A stretch of 19,293 bases of DNA from Ginkgo biloba. Its lineage: Eukaryota; Plantae; Ginkgophyta. The stretch lies in the NCBI GenBank assembly GCA_024626585.2, contig JANKJI020000004.1, forward strand, positions 78,477,424 to 78,496,716, given 5' to 3'. The translations under genes and the position numbers were made by a program. Under the pieces are notes generated by a model. That model saw nothing but the letters and a program-made list of their open reading frames with translations. It searched no databases and was not told the DNA's origin. Each line of letters opens with the position of its first letter. Positions within the stretch are counted from its first letter, which is position 1. Shown here one piece after another: positions 1 through 10,163 of this stretch.

Positions 1-720
1 TAGGTGTGAGAAGAGCCATAAGCTAATCCATACTAATTAGAGTCGATATAGATGAGAAATACCATAATTAGAAAATGTGATCTAGGTAGATATGGCGTAA
101 AAATAATATGTACTAAAGTTTCTTGCTGTGGGTTTTAAATGGATTAAATATTGGGGCTTGTGAATTAATATGTAAGTCATGTGGATGAAAGGACCCCTTT
201 GGGGGTTGTGGGATGAAGGAGCTAGGATTAAGGACTTTTGGAAGTTGAGCTAGAGCATATATATGATCGGTTAAGTTGGAGATGACCTTATGCTTGATGT
301 AAATAAGGATGGCCCTATATACTTTGGGGAGTAGGTTGCTAGAACTCAAAAACATTAGGTGTTGACCTTGTGTAATCAAGCAAAAGGCAATGAGTGGATA
401 AAGTACCTTCTTTGTAGGCGATAAATAGGAGTAGGAAAAGAAAGAAAGGAAAAGAGAATATATTAATGTCCATTAGTGATAAAAAACCGGTCAATGGGAT
501 TGAGAAATTCAAGCATGTGATACAATTTCAAGGGAGTGCTGTCAGCAACTCCAAATCGCAAACTAAGAAACTAGGAAATACTGTGAACTGATCCATAAGA
601 TACATCCAAAAGTGATGCGAAGGTTTTTCCCCCTTCACATTCCAACTCTGAGATTTGGATTAAAAAAGTCACGGTCACGTTCATGTTCCAGACTCGGTTA
701 ATCCCCCTTCGGGGTTATCA
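1..720 (+). mobile_element. LTR-like segment (3' part of an LTR)
   Basis: Non-coding. A TATA-like ataaatagg at about 421 is followed by a purine-rich tract, and the segment ends ...ggggttatCA at 720. The call rests on layout only. Confidence 0.35.
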
Positions 721-723
721 TAA

Positions 724-1037
724 TGTTGACATGTTTGTGATTTGTACCCAAAAAGTAGGGGAGGATGTAAGGGCCAGTAGTAAGGATGTGAGAGGGGATG
801 TATGGAAGAAAGGATAGCTGAGATGGATTGGCAGGCCCTTAAACATTGTTTAGGTGCTAGATAGTGTTTGATGAAAGGAGTTATTGAAGGAGGTGAACAG
901 ACTTCAAGGGGTTCCCTGGCATACCTGCTATGTAATTGTAAACTGGCACAGGTGTACATTAGATTTGTTACACCCAGGTCAATATGGTACATCTAAGTTA
1001 CCCCAAAAAAGGGGACAAAGGAAAGGTCTTATCAACA
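724..1037 (+). mobile_element. Probable short or internally deleted LTR
   Basis: Starts TGTTGACA (724) and ends TATCAACA (1037), a 7/8 terminal inverted repeat with TG...CA. TGG follows 1 nt later (PBS-like position), then gag-like sequence. Confidence 0.5.
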
Positions 1038-1136
1038 TTGGGTGATGAGAAATTGAGTTTACAGGAACATTCAGATACAAAGGGGTTGTAGGTTCGCCAA
1101 GAGCGATTAGGGAAGATATCCCCTATCAATTCTCTT

Positions 1137-2350
1137 TTGGATATTCCAATTAAATTCTCTCCAATTGCTGCATGGATATTCGATGATGCTTCACATCTTA
1201 ATTCACACAACAATAAGCNNNNNNNNNNNNNNNNNNNNNNNNNNNNNNNNNNNNNNNNNNNNNNNNNNNNNNNNNNNNNNNNNNNNNNNNNNNNNNNNNN
1301 NNNNNNNNNNNNNNNNNNGAACTTTGACAACATCTTGGAGACTCAATTAAGGATTATGACAGAGCACATGCAAATCTTGCTAAACAAGTTTAGGCCTTAC
1401 AACCAACCTTTCCCTCCCCACCAACTCAATATCTTCATGCAAGGACTTCTTCTACATGTGCAATACTCAGTACAAATGCACCCTATGAAAAGTTATCAAC
1501 AAGTTTGCAACCTAGCAATGACATTTGGAAAATCAATACGACTCAATATCATACAAGTAGTTACATGGCTTCCATACTCGATCCAGAGGTTGAATGTCTT
1601 CCACAAGAATGGGCAATCCTTAAATTGCAATGGCAACAAAAAGATTCCACTTCTAAAAGTCTACATTCTAAAATAACCAAACTTGAACAAGAAACACTGT
1701 ACCGTCCAGGAGATGCATAAGGTGTCCTCCCCCATGTAATCAACAAGGTCACTTATAAAAATGAACATTTGGAAGACTTAAAACATTCCCATTCTAGAAG
1801 AATGGTGCAGAATATGAAAAGTAGCTTCCCATTGTACAAAAAATTGTTTGTACAATCAATGATGCCAAACACCTGCTCAATGAGGATAAGGAGATTGTCA
1901 TGGATGGGCAACTTGGAATATGTATTCTCAAAAACTTATGAACTATCCTCCGCAACAATACAAATCTTACGAAGTAAAGACCAAAGCAATATGTTGCCGT
2001 CTATGCTTATGATGGGGGCATGACTTTTATGACTATCCGTTAGAAAAGAACGAAGGGTCGTTTGTATTCAAAGAATGCACACCTAGAGACCATGAGTGGG
2101 AGAATTGCAAAAGAAATTCTACTAATAAAACTAGAAACTCCAACTTGGTTTCCATCATACTAGATCTAGTTGTATCCCTGAACCTATGAACACGAAGTGG
2201 GAAGACGATCGTGACCCCTAAAAAGATGAATTATATTTCCTGAATTCAGCGAAGGAAAAGGTTTGATTCTAAGAAGCAGTTCAAACAATTCATGCTGCTA
2301 TAAAAGAAGCTAAGCAACATGATTGCCCCCTCAACCCATCTCACGTATGT
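1137..2350 (+). mobile_element. Decayed LTR-retrotransposon gag with two CCHC zinc knuckles
   Basis: Gag-like FMQGLLLHVQYSVQMHPMKSYQQVCNLAMTF. At 1995-2108 one frame reads CRLCL*WGHDFYDY-PLEKNEGSFV-FKECTPRDHEWENC, which is two degenerate C-X2-C-X4-H-X4-C knuckles. Stops and frameshifts are present. Confidence 0.75.
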
Positions 2351-2485
2351 CGGAAATTAAGTGAAACCCAGCAAANNNNNNNNNNNNNNNNNNNNNNNNN
2401 NNNNNNNNNNNNNNNNNNNNNNNNNNNNNNNNNNNNNNNNNNNNNNNNNNNNNNNNNNNNNNNNNNNNNNNNNNNNNNNNNNNNN

Positions 2486-2882
2486 TACGTATTTGAAGTA
2501 GGTCTTCCAAAAGATCAAGGAATGGGTTATCTCTTTAAACACCCAAAAATTAATAATTGAGGTGATAGAAGGAAAAATATTGGGACATATAGTCTTAAAG
2601 GATGGGACTTATATTGATCTAGATAGATTTAAAGCTATCAAAGAACTCTCATTGCCCTTGGAAAATAAAGGCATGAAATTATTCTTCAAGAATATCAATT
2701 TCTTGAGGAGATTTATTCCCAAATTTGCATGAGTTACCTTGTTGATCAATAACTTACTAAGAAAGGATGCATATTTAAAATGGAGCAAGGAGGCCATGGA
2801 GGCTTTTAGCTAGATCAAAGAATGGATTGCTAAAGTGCCAGTCCTAGTTGGACCTAACTTTAACAATGGCTTTATAATATAC
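2486..2882 (+). mobile_element. Ty3/gypsy pol remnant: RT thumb to RT-RNase H connection (pseudogenised)
   Basis: Manual translation: ISLNTQKLIIEVIEGKILGHIVLKDGTYIDLDRFKAIKELSLP...INFLRRFIPKFA*...LLRKDAYLKWSKEAMEAFS*IKEWIAKVPVLVGPNFNNGFIIY. This carries the typical gypsy GKLLGHIVS, NFLRRFIP and APVL motifs, with in-frame stops. Confidence 0.92.
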
Positions 2883-3289
2883 ATGAAATACAGAGTTGGG
2901 GGAAGCGTATATTTACCCTTATAGGAAATAGTGAACAACTAATCATTCCCCTTATTACGTGCCAAAAAGATCATCGATTCCGATGTAAATAATTACTATA
3001 CGTTAGAAACAAGGTCAAGCACTACCATCGCCACTGAAGCTATCACTAGCTCTTATTTGGAATCAACTTACCAAGTGGCTATAGATCCTCACAACATGAA
3101 CGGAGACTATTCTAAGGATCCAAATTTGCATGGTGAGATTGAACTTGAGATTGAAGATTCCATATTTGAGCACCACTGTGTTGGTTACAAAGTGATTATG
3201 AAGTTGCAAAAACATGTACTTCTTTCCATCAAAGTATTGTTTACAACCAAGAAAAGGTAATCATTGCACATCTCCAAGCAACCTCAAAG

Positions 3290-3625
3290 ATGAGGGATAT
3301 GAGGATGCTTTGATGGATTTGGACTATTCAAGTGAGGAGGATATAGAAGAAGAAACAAAAAATATAGGAGTTCCTAAGGATCCTTTCCTCTATATATCAA
3401 GCACCAAATTTTGCTAATGCAATAGAAACATGTAATGGTATTCAATACATTTAGGAATGCATTAAAGTTTGGATGGATAATCATCCATGGGAGTGCCAAT
3501 CCTAGATATTTATGTTACCCTTAACATTAGAAGGTCAAGCATTTCAGTGGTACTTGGCCCAGATAAGTGAAGTTACATACTAGCCAAGCTTGCACCACTA
3601 TTTTGAAGTTAAGTTCAAAGGAGTT
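3290..3625 (+). mobile_element. Second retrotransposon gag remnant (capsid-like Retrotrans_gag region)
   Basis: From 3515 it reads LPLTLEGQAFQWYLAQISEVTY*PSLHHYFEVKF, matching the FP.TL.G.A..WY...W..L...F...F gag pattern. An acidic tract precedes it. Boundaries are approximate. Confidence 0.75.
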
Positions 3626-3753
3626 GTTATGCCAACTTTGTCATACTATGATGACTCTATTATTGAAGATTGCCATTTATGTAACCAAAATTAGAAAATG
3701 TTTACTATCCCTTAGTAGTTATGGACTCATCATTGGATACACTCCACTCCTTT

Positions 3754-4247
3754 TGACGGATGACATTGGATAGAGGAACAAGAGAACCTACTGTTCACAG
3801 CAAGGAGTGAACCGTTCATTGATTTTGAGTATAAATTGTCCTAACAGACGGTCGTTCATCGGCTTCACGCGTCGGTTGTTGGTAAACTAGACAATTGTTT
3901 GCTGTTCGGGTTGGTTGTTCGCTGACTTTCACAATTGTTGTTGGCCACACCTTGAAGTTGTTCATCGCAAATATAGACAGTCGTTCGTTGACTATAACAA
4001 CAGTTTTGTTAAGATAACAAGCAGTGTTAATTTTGGGGCATACCCCTTTGTTGTAACCTCACCTCTTTTGAGGATGAATACTCTTTGACCTTGTATTTAT
4101 TGTAAAAGCCACTAGTGGAAAATCATCATGGAAATCAATCAATCATCTTTCTCATGTATTTTGCAGTCCAGTAATAAATAAACAGTCTTTTCTATGATTA
4201 GTGCATCTCCGGTTTATGACACCTAAATGTATGAAATTTTGCAATAA
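3754..4247. mobile_element. LTR-like non-coding segment with an internal ~20-24 bp periodic motif
   Basis: RTYGTT(C/G/T)-type cores at 3851, 3875, 3894, 3914, 3934, 3957 and 3980, followed by an AT-rich AATAAATAAA-containing tract. The segment is truncated by an N gap and its ends are undefined. Confidence 0.4.
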
Positions 4248-4656
4248 NNNNNNNNNNNNNNNNNNNNNNNNNNNNNNNNNNNNNNNNNNNNNNNNNNNNN
4301 NNNNNNNNNNNNNNNNNNNNNNNNNNNNNNNNNNNNNNNNNNNNNNNAGACCTTTAACTGCTATAGCATATCCACCAACGAAGATTCAAGACCAGAGGAT
4401 GGACAAAGACTAGAACCCAAGGTAATTCCAAATGAGGAAGTCCTAGCACAACTCTCTGATGAACATTATCCTACTAGTTTGATGAAGTAAAGTATGGGCA
4501 AAGAAGTATTGATGAAGCACCCGTTCACAAGGTAACTACATGTTGAAAACTTTTGCACTTCAATGGCCTTAAAATGTGAAAAATCAATATGGACATCGAG
4601 ACAACAACAAGAAACATAATTTTGGGCAATTACTAGGACAACGCGACTGTTATGCA

Positions 4657-5348
4657 AGCTATCACTCTATTCCAAGATTACCGAGATGTATTGACATGGT
4701 CCTACAAAGATCTAAAGTGTATTCCTCAATAGCTATGCCAACACCATATTGAATTAATAGAAGGTGCCAAAGTAAAATGACAACTACCGTATTAGATGAA
4801 TTTGTGTTACAAGGCACAAGTCAAAGAAGAAATTGATAAAATATTCGCTGTCGAATATATTTATGAAGTAGATACCAGTGAATGGGTCAGCCCCATTGTC
4901 ATTGTACGAAAAAGGAATGACGAACCCCGATTATGTATGGATTATCAAGAATTAAATAAAGTTACTAAGAAGGATCCATTTTCACTACCATTTACAGAGA
5001 ATGTGCTGGAAAGAGTAGCCAGACATGAAGTTTTCTCTTTTATAGATGGGTTATGTGGATATAATCAAGTAAGCATCACTCCCAAATATCAATTTAAAAC
5101 CACCTTCGTCACCAAGTGGGGAACTTATTCATACTACATTATGCCATTTGGCATTACCAATGCCCCTGGGTGATTTGAAACGTTCTCAAGAAGCTAATTG
5201 GTTATAAGATTGAAGTATTCCTAGATGTCTGGACACTCTTTTCACTGGTGACTGACCACTTTGGCAACCTATGAGAAATGTTAACAAGTATGCCGGGAAA
5301 GTGGACTATGTCTCAATCCAGAAAAATGTAGCTTCATGGTTCCATTTG
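4657..5348 (+). mobile_element. Ty3/gypsy reverse transcriptase, N-terminal/palm region (pseudogenised)
   Basis: Reads LFQDYRDVLTWSYKDLKCIP..LCQHHIEL, then SEWVSPIVIVRK..RLCMDYQELNKVTKKDPFSLPF..FSFIDGLCGYNQV..KTTFVTKWGTY..MPFGITNAP and LCLNPEKCSF. The catalytic YxDD-type motif is decayed to FLDV (5218-5229), and there are stops and frameshifts. Confidence 0.97.
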
Positions 5349-5363
5349 NNNACCTCTTAAGCT

Positions 5364-5442
5364 ATTCTCCCACTCATGGTCTCTAGGTGTGCATTCTTTG
5401 CATACAAATGGCCCTTCGTTCTTTTCTAATGGACAGTTATAA
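5364..5442 (-). repeat. Inverted copy of the gag zinc-knuckle segment 2027-2105
   Basis: The reverse complement matches 2027-2105 at 73/79 nt by hand alignment. It encodes CPLEKNEGPFVCKECTPRDHEWEN. Confidence 0.93.
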
Positions 5443-5499
5443 CAGGGTTGGGTCTCTAGGGTGCTCCTCTTAACTTGATATGGTTGTTTGTGAAATATG

Positions 5500-6705
5500 G
5501 CACAGCAAAATTGGTGGCAGCAGCAAGGAGTTTATAGGCAAGGGTTACTGGCTAGACCCTATCTTGGAAGAAACTAAGCAACCAAGAACGGGTAAAGCTA
5601 GGGTTGCAGAGAAAAAGTAGACACTGATTGAAGTGGATGTGCCACCACTAGCTGAAGTCCATGCCGTAGAAACTCATATTTAATCCTCCCCCGAGCCGAA
5701 GACAGAAGAAAGAAGAGTGTAGACTCCTTTGTGGCTGCATAGGATTTCTTACTCCATCACTTCTTTAGAAATTGTACCTAAACAGAGGTGGGCAGAATCA
5801 ATTCTGGACAAGCCACTCGAGCTAGAATGGGAGGACCAGTTGGCAATTTTTGAAGAGGGTCTTGATAAGAAACAATGCAAATTGTCCAATCATGATGCCT
5901 GGAAGCTCACTCTCACTGCCAACATAATTTAAGTTTTGGTTCATGACTTGGTAGCAAAAATCAAGGACTTAGCATAAGGTTTAAGTCGGGAGACATTGTA
6001 TGCTCGAACTACAACACAGGAAGCTGAAATAAAATAAAATTTATTGATGTTTGGCTTGACGATGTGGATTCATCCATGGGTACATAGCAAAGATTCATGC
6101 ATAAATTTGAGAAAGAAATCCCCCAATGTCTTGAAGNNNNNNNNNNNNNNNNNNNNNNNNNNNNNNNNNNNNNNNNTGACAGTGTCGAAAGGTATGCAAA
6201 GTTGCTGCTGGAGCAGAGGAGCAGTTAAAGAGCGTCATTGAAGATCTCAGTAAGGCATAGGATGAGCTGACCGCAGTTAAGAAGCAATTGGCAAGATAGC
6301 AGACTGGCACAAAGCATAAGTGCAAGGGTTAGACACTGCGAACTGGGAGTTAATTTGGCTTCTGCAGCAGCATGACATTTCCCTTCTGGAGGATGTCCAC
6401 AGTAGCTCCAAGTCAAGGAAACCTAGTTCAAAGTTTTCAAGGTGGAAGCTATAGTACATTTTGAAAATTGTGTCGAGTTGAACAAGGACGTTCAACAATT
6501 GTGGCTGGTGAGATATATGCTGTGAATTTGACATATTGGTCGCAGTTTCACTGTCGCAGCTGCAACAGAATATTCTTTTGTTGCAGGAAGATTGTGCCAT
6601 TTTGATCCTCGGTTGTATCAAGGCAAGTACTCATCAGTTGCAGCAGCAGCAGCAGCACCAGCCAGTCGCCGGTTGTAACATTTTGTACTCCAGTCACAAA
6701 CAATA
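5500..6705 (+). pseudogene. Decayed ORF of unknown function, probably a retrotransposon extra ORF
   Basis: Protein-like, E/K/L/Q-rich helical text continues across stops and frameshifts (GYWLDPILEETKQPR...LELEWEDQLAIFEEGLDKK...DELTAVKKQLAR...LSQLQQNILLLQEDC...HQLQQQQQHQP). I recognise no gag or pol motif in it. Confidence 0.45.
6641..6661 (+). repeat. (CAG)5-CAC-CAG microsatellite
   Basis: Read directly from the sequence. Confidence 0.85.
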
Positions 6706-7160
6706 GGCATTAGAATGAAGTGTAATTAAAATGTAATTAATGAACATGAAAAGTGATGACCTTTAGGATCATTAGGATCATAGATCATCCATCCATTGAT
6801 CTTCTATTGCTCATTCAGTCATCATTATTCCAGCAGTGTATTGCTCTAACAGCAGTCAGTAATTTGAAGTCATTATACTCGGACCTGTACTACATGATGT
6901 GTCACGAATATGAAATATTCTATTTCCTACACTATAACTTTGAGATTCACAGAGGCTGCATTCACTGGTGAGAGCAGCGCTGCATAATTCTTCTGTCTGA
7001 GAGTACGAGTGTCAGTCATGTATTCTACCTGTTGACAGTCAATACGATTTGCTGAAGATTGAACAGACAGTAGCAAACAGATTTGAACTTAAAATAATGG
7101 TGTAAATACTTGGGAGTTATGTTCGCAAATGCTACTCTGAATATTATTCTTTTGTTTCAG

Positions 7161-7278
7161 TGTTGGTGTTCACAAGGATGTGGAACTCAAAGCAATGAAG
7201 AGTCGCCTTAATTCTTTTGGTTTAAGGACACTTGATCTTACAGACAATGATTTGGCTAAGGATCATCTACGCTATCTT
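7161..7278 (+). CDS. OMR1: Threonine dehydratase (deaminase), third-last coding exon
   Basis: Acceptor tttgtttcAG (AG 7159-7160) and donor GTaagt at 7279. After one split-codon base it reads VGVHKDVELKAMKSRLNSFGLRTLDLTDNDLAKDHLRYL, which matches the plant threonine deaminase regulatory region (SVGVH...KDHLRYL). It is not in the ORF track. Confidence 0.95.
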
Positions 7279-7574
7279 GTAAGTTTCTAGTTCCACATTT
7301 ATAGCCAGTGGCACCTATTAACCTCTGATTATGTGATCATTCCATTATGTTCAATATCTGTGTTTTTAAATTGTTGCACCTGCATGTGGCAGATATTGCA
7401 AAACACTTTTTGTGCTTTCCCTCAAACAGTAACTTGAGCTTCTTGTCAAATTTGGAAAACATTGTTACATTGCTTCTCAGTTACTCAAATGCTTTGTGGT
7501 GAAAGATATTGCTTATAGATTAGAAAACTCTGCTGTTTTCCTAGTTGGTTCATTGCTGATGATCTAATGTGCAG
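7279..7574 (+). other. Spliceosomal intron (296 nt, GT-AG)
   Basis: GTAAGT...GCAG. Removing it joins HLRYL to MGGR in frame. Confidence 0.93.
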
Positions 7575-7709
7575 ATGGGGGGGCGTGCAAATGTGGAGAA
7601 TGAATTTCTTTTCAGATTTGTCTTTCCTGAGAGGCCAGGTGCATTGATGAAGTTTTTAGATACATTCAGTCCACGTTGGAACATAAGCCTTTTCCATTAC
7701 CGTTCTCAG
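7575..7709 (+). CDS. OMR1: Threonine dehydratase, penultimate coding exon (ACT-like domain)
   Basis: Acceptor tgtgcAG (7573-7574) and donor GTtaat at 7710. The exon is 135 nt, phase 0, and reads [45 protein letters not shown], with the hallmark FPERPGAL and WNISLFHYR motifs of IlvA/OMR1. Confidence 0.97.
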
Positions 7710-7905
7710 GTTAATTCCTATTGGTCCCTCATAAGTGTACTCAGACACATGGTTATCTCTTGAACATTGATTATGCGAATTCAAATCCATATTGCCTGGG
7801 TATTCCTGTATTACTTTGCTTTCTGTGCATCTACTTTTGATCGAAGCTTGGCCTTTCAAAATAAAGAGTCCTTTTATGAAAATGGCATTGTTTTTCTTTG
7901 TGCAG
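7710..7905 (+). other. Spliceosomal intron (196 nt, GT-AG)
   Basis: GTTAAT...polypyrimidine tract, TGCAG. Removing it joins HYRSQ to GEMGA in frame. Confidence 0.93.
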
Positions 7906-8046
7906 GGTGAAATGGGTGCAAATGTATTGGTAGGCATGCAAATTCCAACAGAAAACATGGAAGAATTTACAACACAGGCAAATACTCTTGGATATGAATA
8001 CGAGGATGTAAGGGAGAACGAAGCCGTTATGCTTTTGATGCACTAA
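7906..8046 (+). CDS. OMR1: Threonine dehydratase, terminal coding exon
   Basis: Acceptor tttttctttgtgcAG (7904-7905). It reads GEMGANVLVGMQIPTENMEEFTTQANTLGYEYEDVRENEAVMLLMH*, with TAA at 8044-8046. GxxGANVLVG and the terminal LLMH match plant OMR1 as I recall it. Confidence 0.96.
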   Translation, partial: GEMGANVLVGMQIPTENMEEFTTQANTLGYEYEDVRENEAVMLLMH

Positions 8047-8179
8047 GTCAGCCTAGAGTAATAGATTCTTTGATGTTGATTTTATGTATGACATGCATAA
8101 GTCATGGCTTCCTTGAGCCAGAGGATCTAATGTAGTCAAATTCATCATTATTGGCAAGGATCTTCAGATTTCTATGAGA

Positions 8180-8185
8180 AATAAA
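8180..8185 (+). terminator. Candidate polyadenylation signal AATAAA in the 3' UTR
   Basis: AATAAA lies about 135 nt after the stop codon. Plant signals are degenerate and this one overlaps an A-run, so the call is tentative. Confidence 0.4.
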
Positions 8186-8560
8186 AAAAAACATTCACTA
8201 TTTAAGCATTGTCTTCTAGAATTGCATAAACATCTATTGCCAAAATATAGTAAGCTGCATATGCCTGGCTGAGTGTAAAATATAGTTCACTGACAGAAAA
8301 AGTTGTATCTTAGTGCAATTTTCAATTCTTATTTGCTTCTATATGGCATTTTTATACTCCATCTCCTGTTATTGCTTGTATGTTGTATGGTTTAAGAAAT
8401 TCTAAATTTGTTGGTCTCATATAACAGCTGGTTGCAATATCCCAGCAGTTTGGAAAAGATNNNNNNNNNNNNNNNNNNNNNNNNNNNNNNNNNNNNNNNN
8501 NNNNNNNNNNNNNNNNNNNNNNNNNNNNNNNNNNNNNNNNNNNNNNNNNNNNNNNNNNNN

Positions 8561-9149
8561 TTAAATATTCCTTAATAAAAGAAAAAATAAGGGAAAAAAA
8601 TCTTAAGAAAATCCACAAAATAAGATTCTCTAATATAAGGGATAATTAGGGACTTAAAGAATGAACTAGAGCCTACCTTTGAAGGGTTGTGACACTTGGA
8701 GTGAGAAACCCTCTTTATAGCCTATATAAGTCCTCTTCCCCTCATTTCATCTCACTCATTAAAATATCTACTTCATCCTTCCACCTTTGAAGAAGTCTTC
8801 TACAGTTGGCTTCTAACTTTATGAAGAGTGTGGGTTGGGAAGCGGTCCAGAGTTTTCCCCCACAAACTTACAAATTTTAAGAGAGAAATGTCCGTTTGTG
8901 AGATCTTGTTGGGTATCATCGGTTTTGCACGATGCCTGCTTCTGGCAGGTCCATATATTAACTCAGGTTCATATCCCTTTACAGACATACCCATCTCCAC
9001 CACTTTCCAGAGGAGATATCAGTGTCTTCATCATGAATTATGGTGAATGTCTTGATGTTGCAGTCATCCTCACTCCCTTCTACAGTTCACTGATCCTTTG
9101 GTTATAACCAACCCAGATCTGAAGGTCTCAAGGGTTGTAGTATATTACA
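8561..9149 (+). mobile_element. Probable solo LTR (5' end lost in the N gap)
   Basis: TATATAA at 8723-8729 is followed by a CT-rich tract. The segment ends ...TATTACA (9149), with no TGG/PBS or gag after it. Confidence 0.5.
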
Positions 9150-10163
9150 ATTTAATTTACTGAGAAAAATTTACATGGGGTTTGCTTCATTTTCTTATGT
9201 CAAAGTTTTGACTTCGTTTTTCTTAACACTGCAGTTTCTACACTTTGGCATAGATTGAACTCCTCAATGAATGAGACTGATCTATGTAGCCAAATACATG
9301 AAAATGGATCCTTGTAGCAGGTAGTTTTGATGCATATTAGATGTTGACAACAGAGATTTATTTATTTTTAAAGCATTTTCTAACCAGTGGAAGTTGTCTC
9401 AAAATTCAACGAGTAAAAGCAAAGATGTAGAAGATGCCTCGGTGACCACAATAACATCAATCAAAATGAGTCGACAATTTTATCCCATTTAGAAACATTA
9501 GCAGGTATCAGTGATGGAGATCAAAAGACAATAACAAAATGATCCATTCACACATTCTGTGCAGTCCTATTGTAAAATAAGGCAGCCCAACAACTTTGAA
9601 ATCCAAAAACATCCCAAAGTAAAAAAGCTCCTCCTATAGTCAGACAAAGTATCAGAAGCAATATAAACAAAATTATGAAAACAAAACAAATTAGTAAAAA
9701 TTAATACAAATCAAGTCGATTGGCGAGTAGGACAAATCAAGTGAATTATAAAGTAGTGTATTGTTTATCCAACATTGTAACAAAATGAAATGAATCACCA
9801 AACAATAACCCTTGGAGGTTTTATGTTTTCTTAATTAGGAACCATATAACAAAAATTTACATAGTCAAAGAACACCTCAAACTCACAAGCCCTATTACGA
9901 GGGTTTCATTCAAGTCATAGAATTACAAGGAACTGCTTCTATTGGCTTGTTTGTTTATTGATACCTTATTCCATCCTTGCTTGTCTAGTTTGATGCTCCT
10001 AAATGTCATCCAATAAAACCTGCATACAAAGTACTCAAAGCCAAACCCTATTGCCAAGCCAAAAACTTGTTCAAGCAAATAATACAAGTAAATAAGGGTG
10101 TTTGCCACGTAGTGCAGGCATCTATTGAGGGGCCCTATGCGGAATAAAGTGATGCCAAGCCTT

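Noticed and set aside
701-717. cUUCGg tetraloop hairpin or intrinsic terminator
   Set aside because: The stem is only 3 bp and has no U-tract. It is better explained as an LTR end.
4796-5173. 125-aa RT ORF as a functional RT, retron or DGR-type system
   Set aside because: It has standard gypsy motifs, is flanked by stops and has a decayed catalytic motif (FLDV), so it is a dead retrotransposon fragment.
6721-6790. Micro-duplications TGTAATTAA x2 and TTAGGATCA x2 as a target-site duplication
   Set aside because: The copies are adjacent or nearly adjacent with no element between them, which fits slippage or repair, and no partner boundary was found.
7569-8046. ORF-track ORFs 7569-7763 and 7792-8046 as separate genes
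   Set aside because: They are exons read through into introns. Splicing gives one continuous threonine dehydratase C-terminus.
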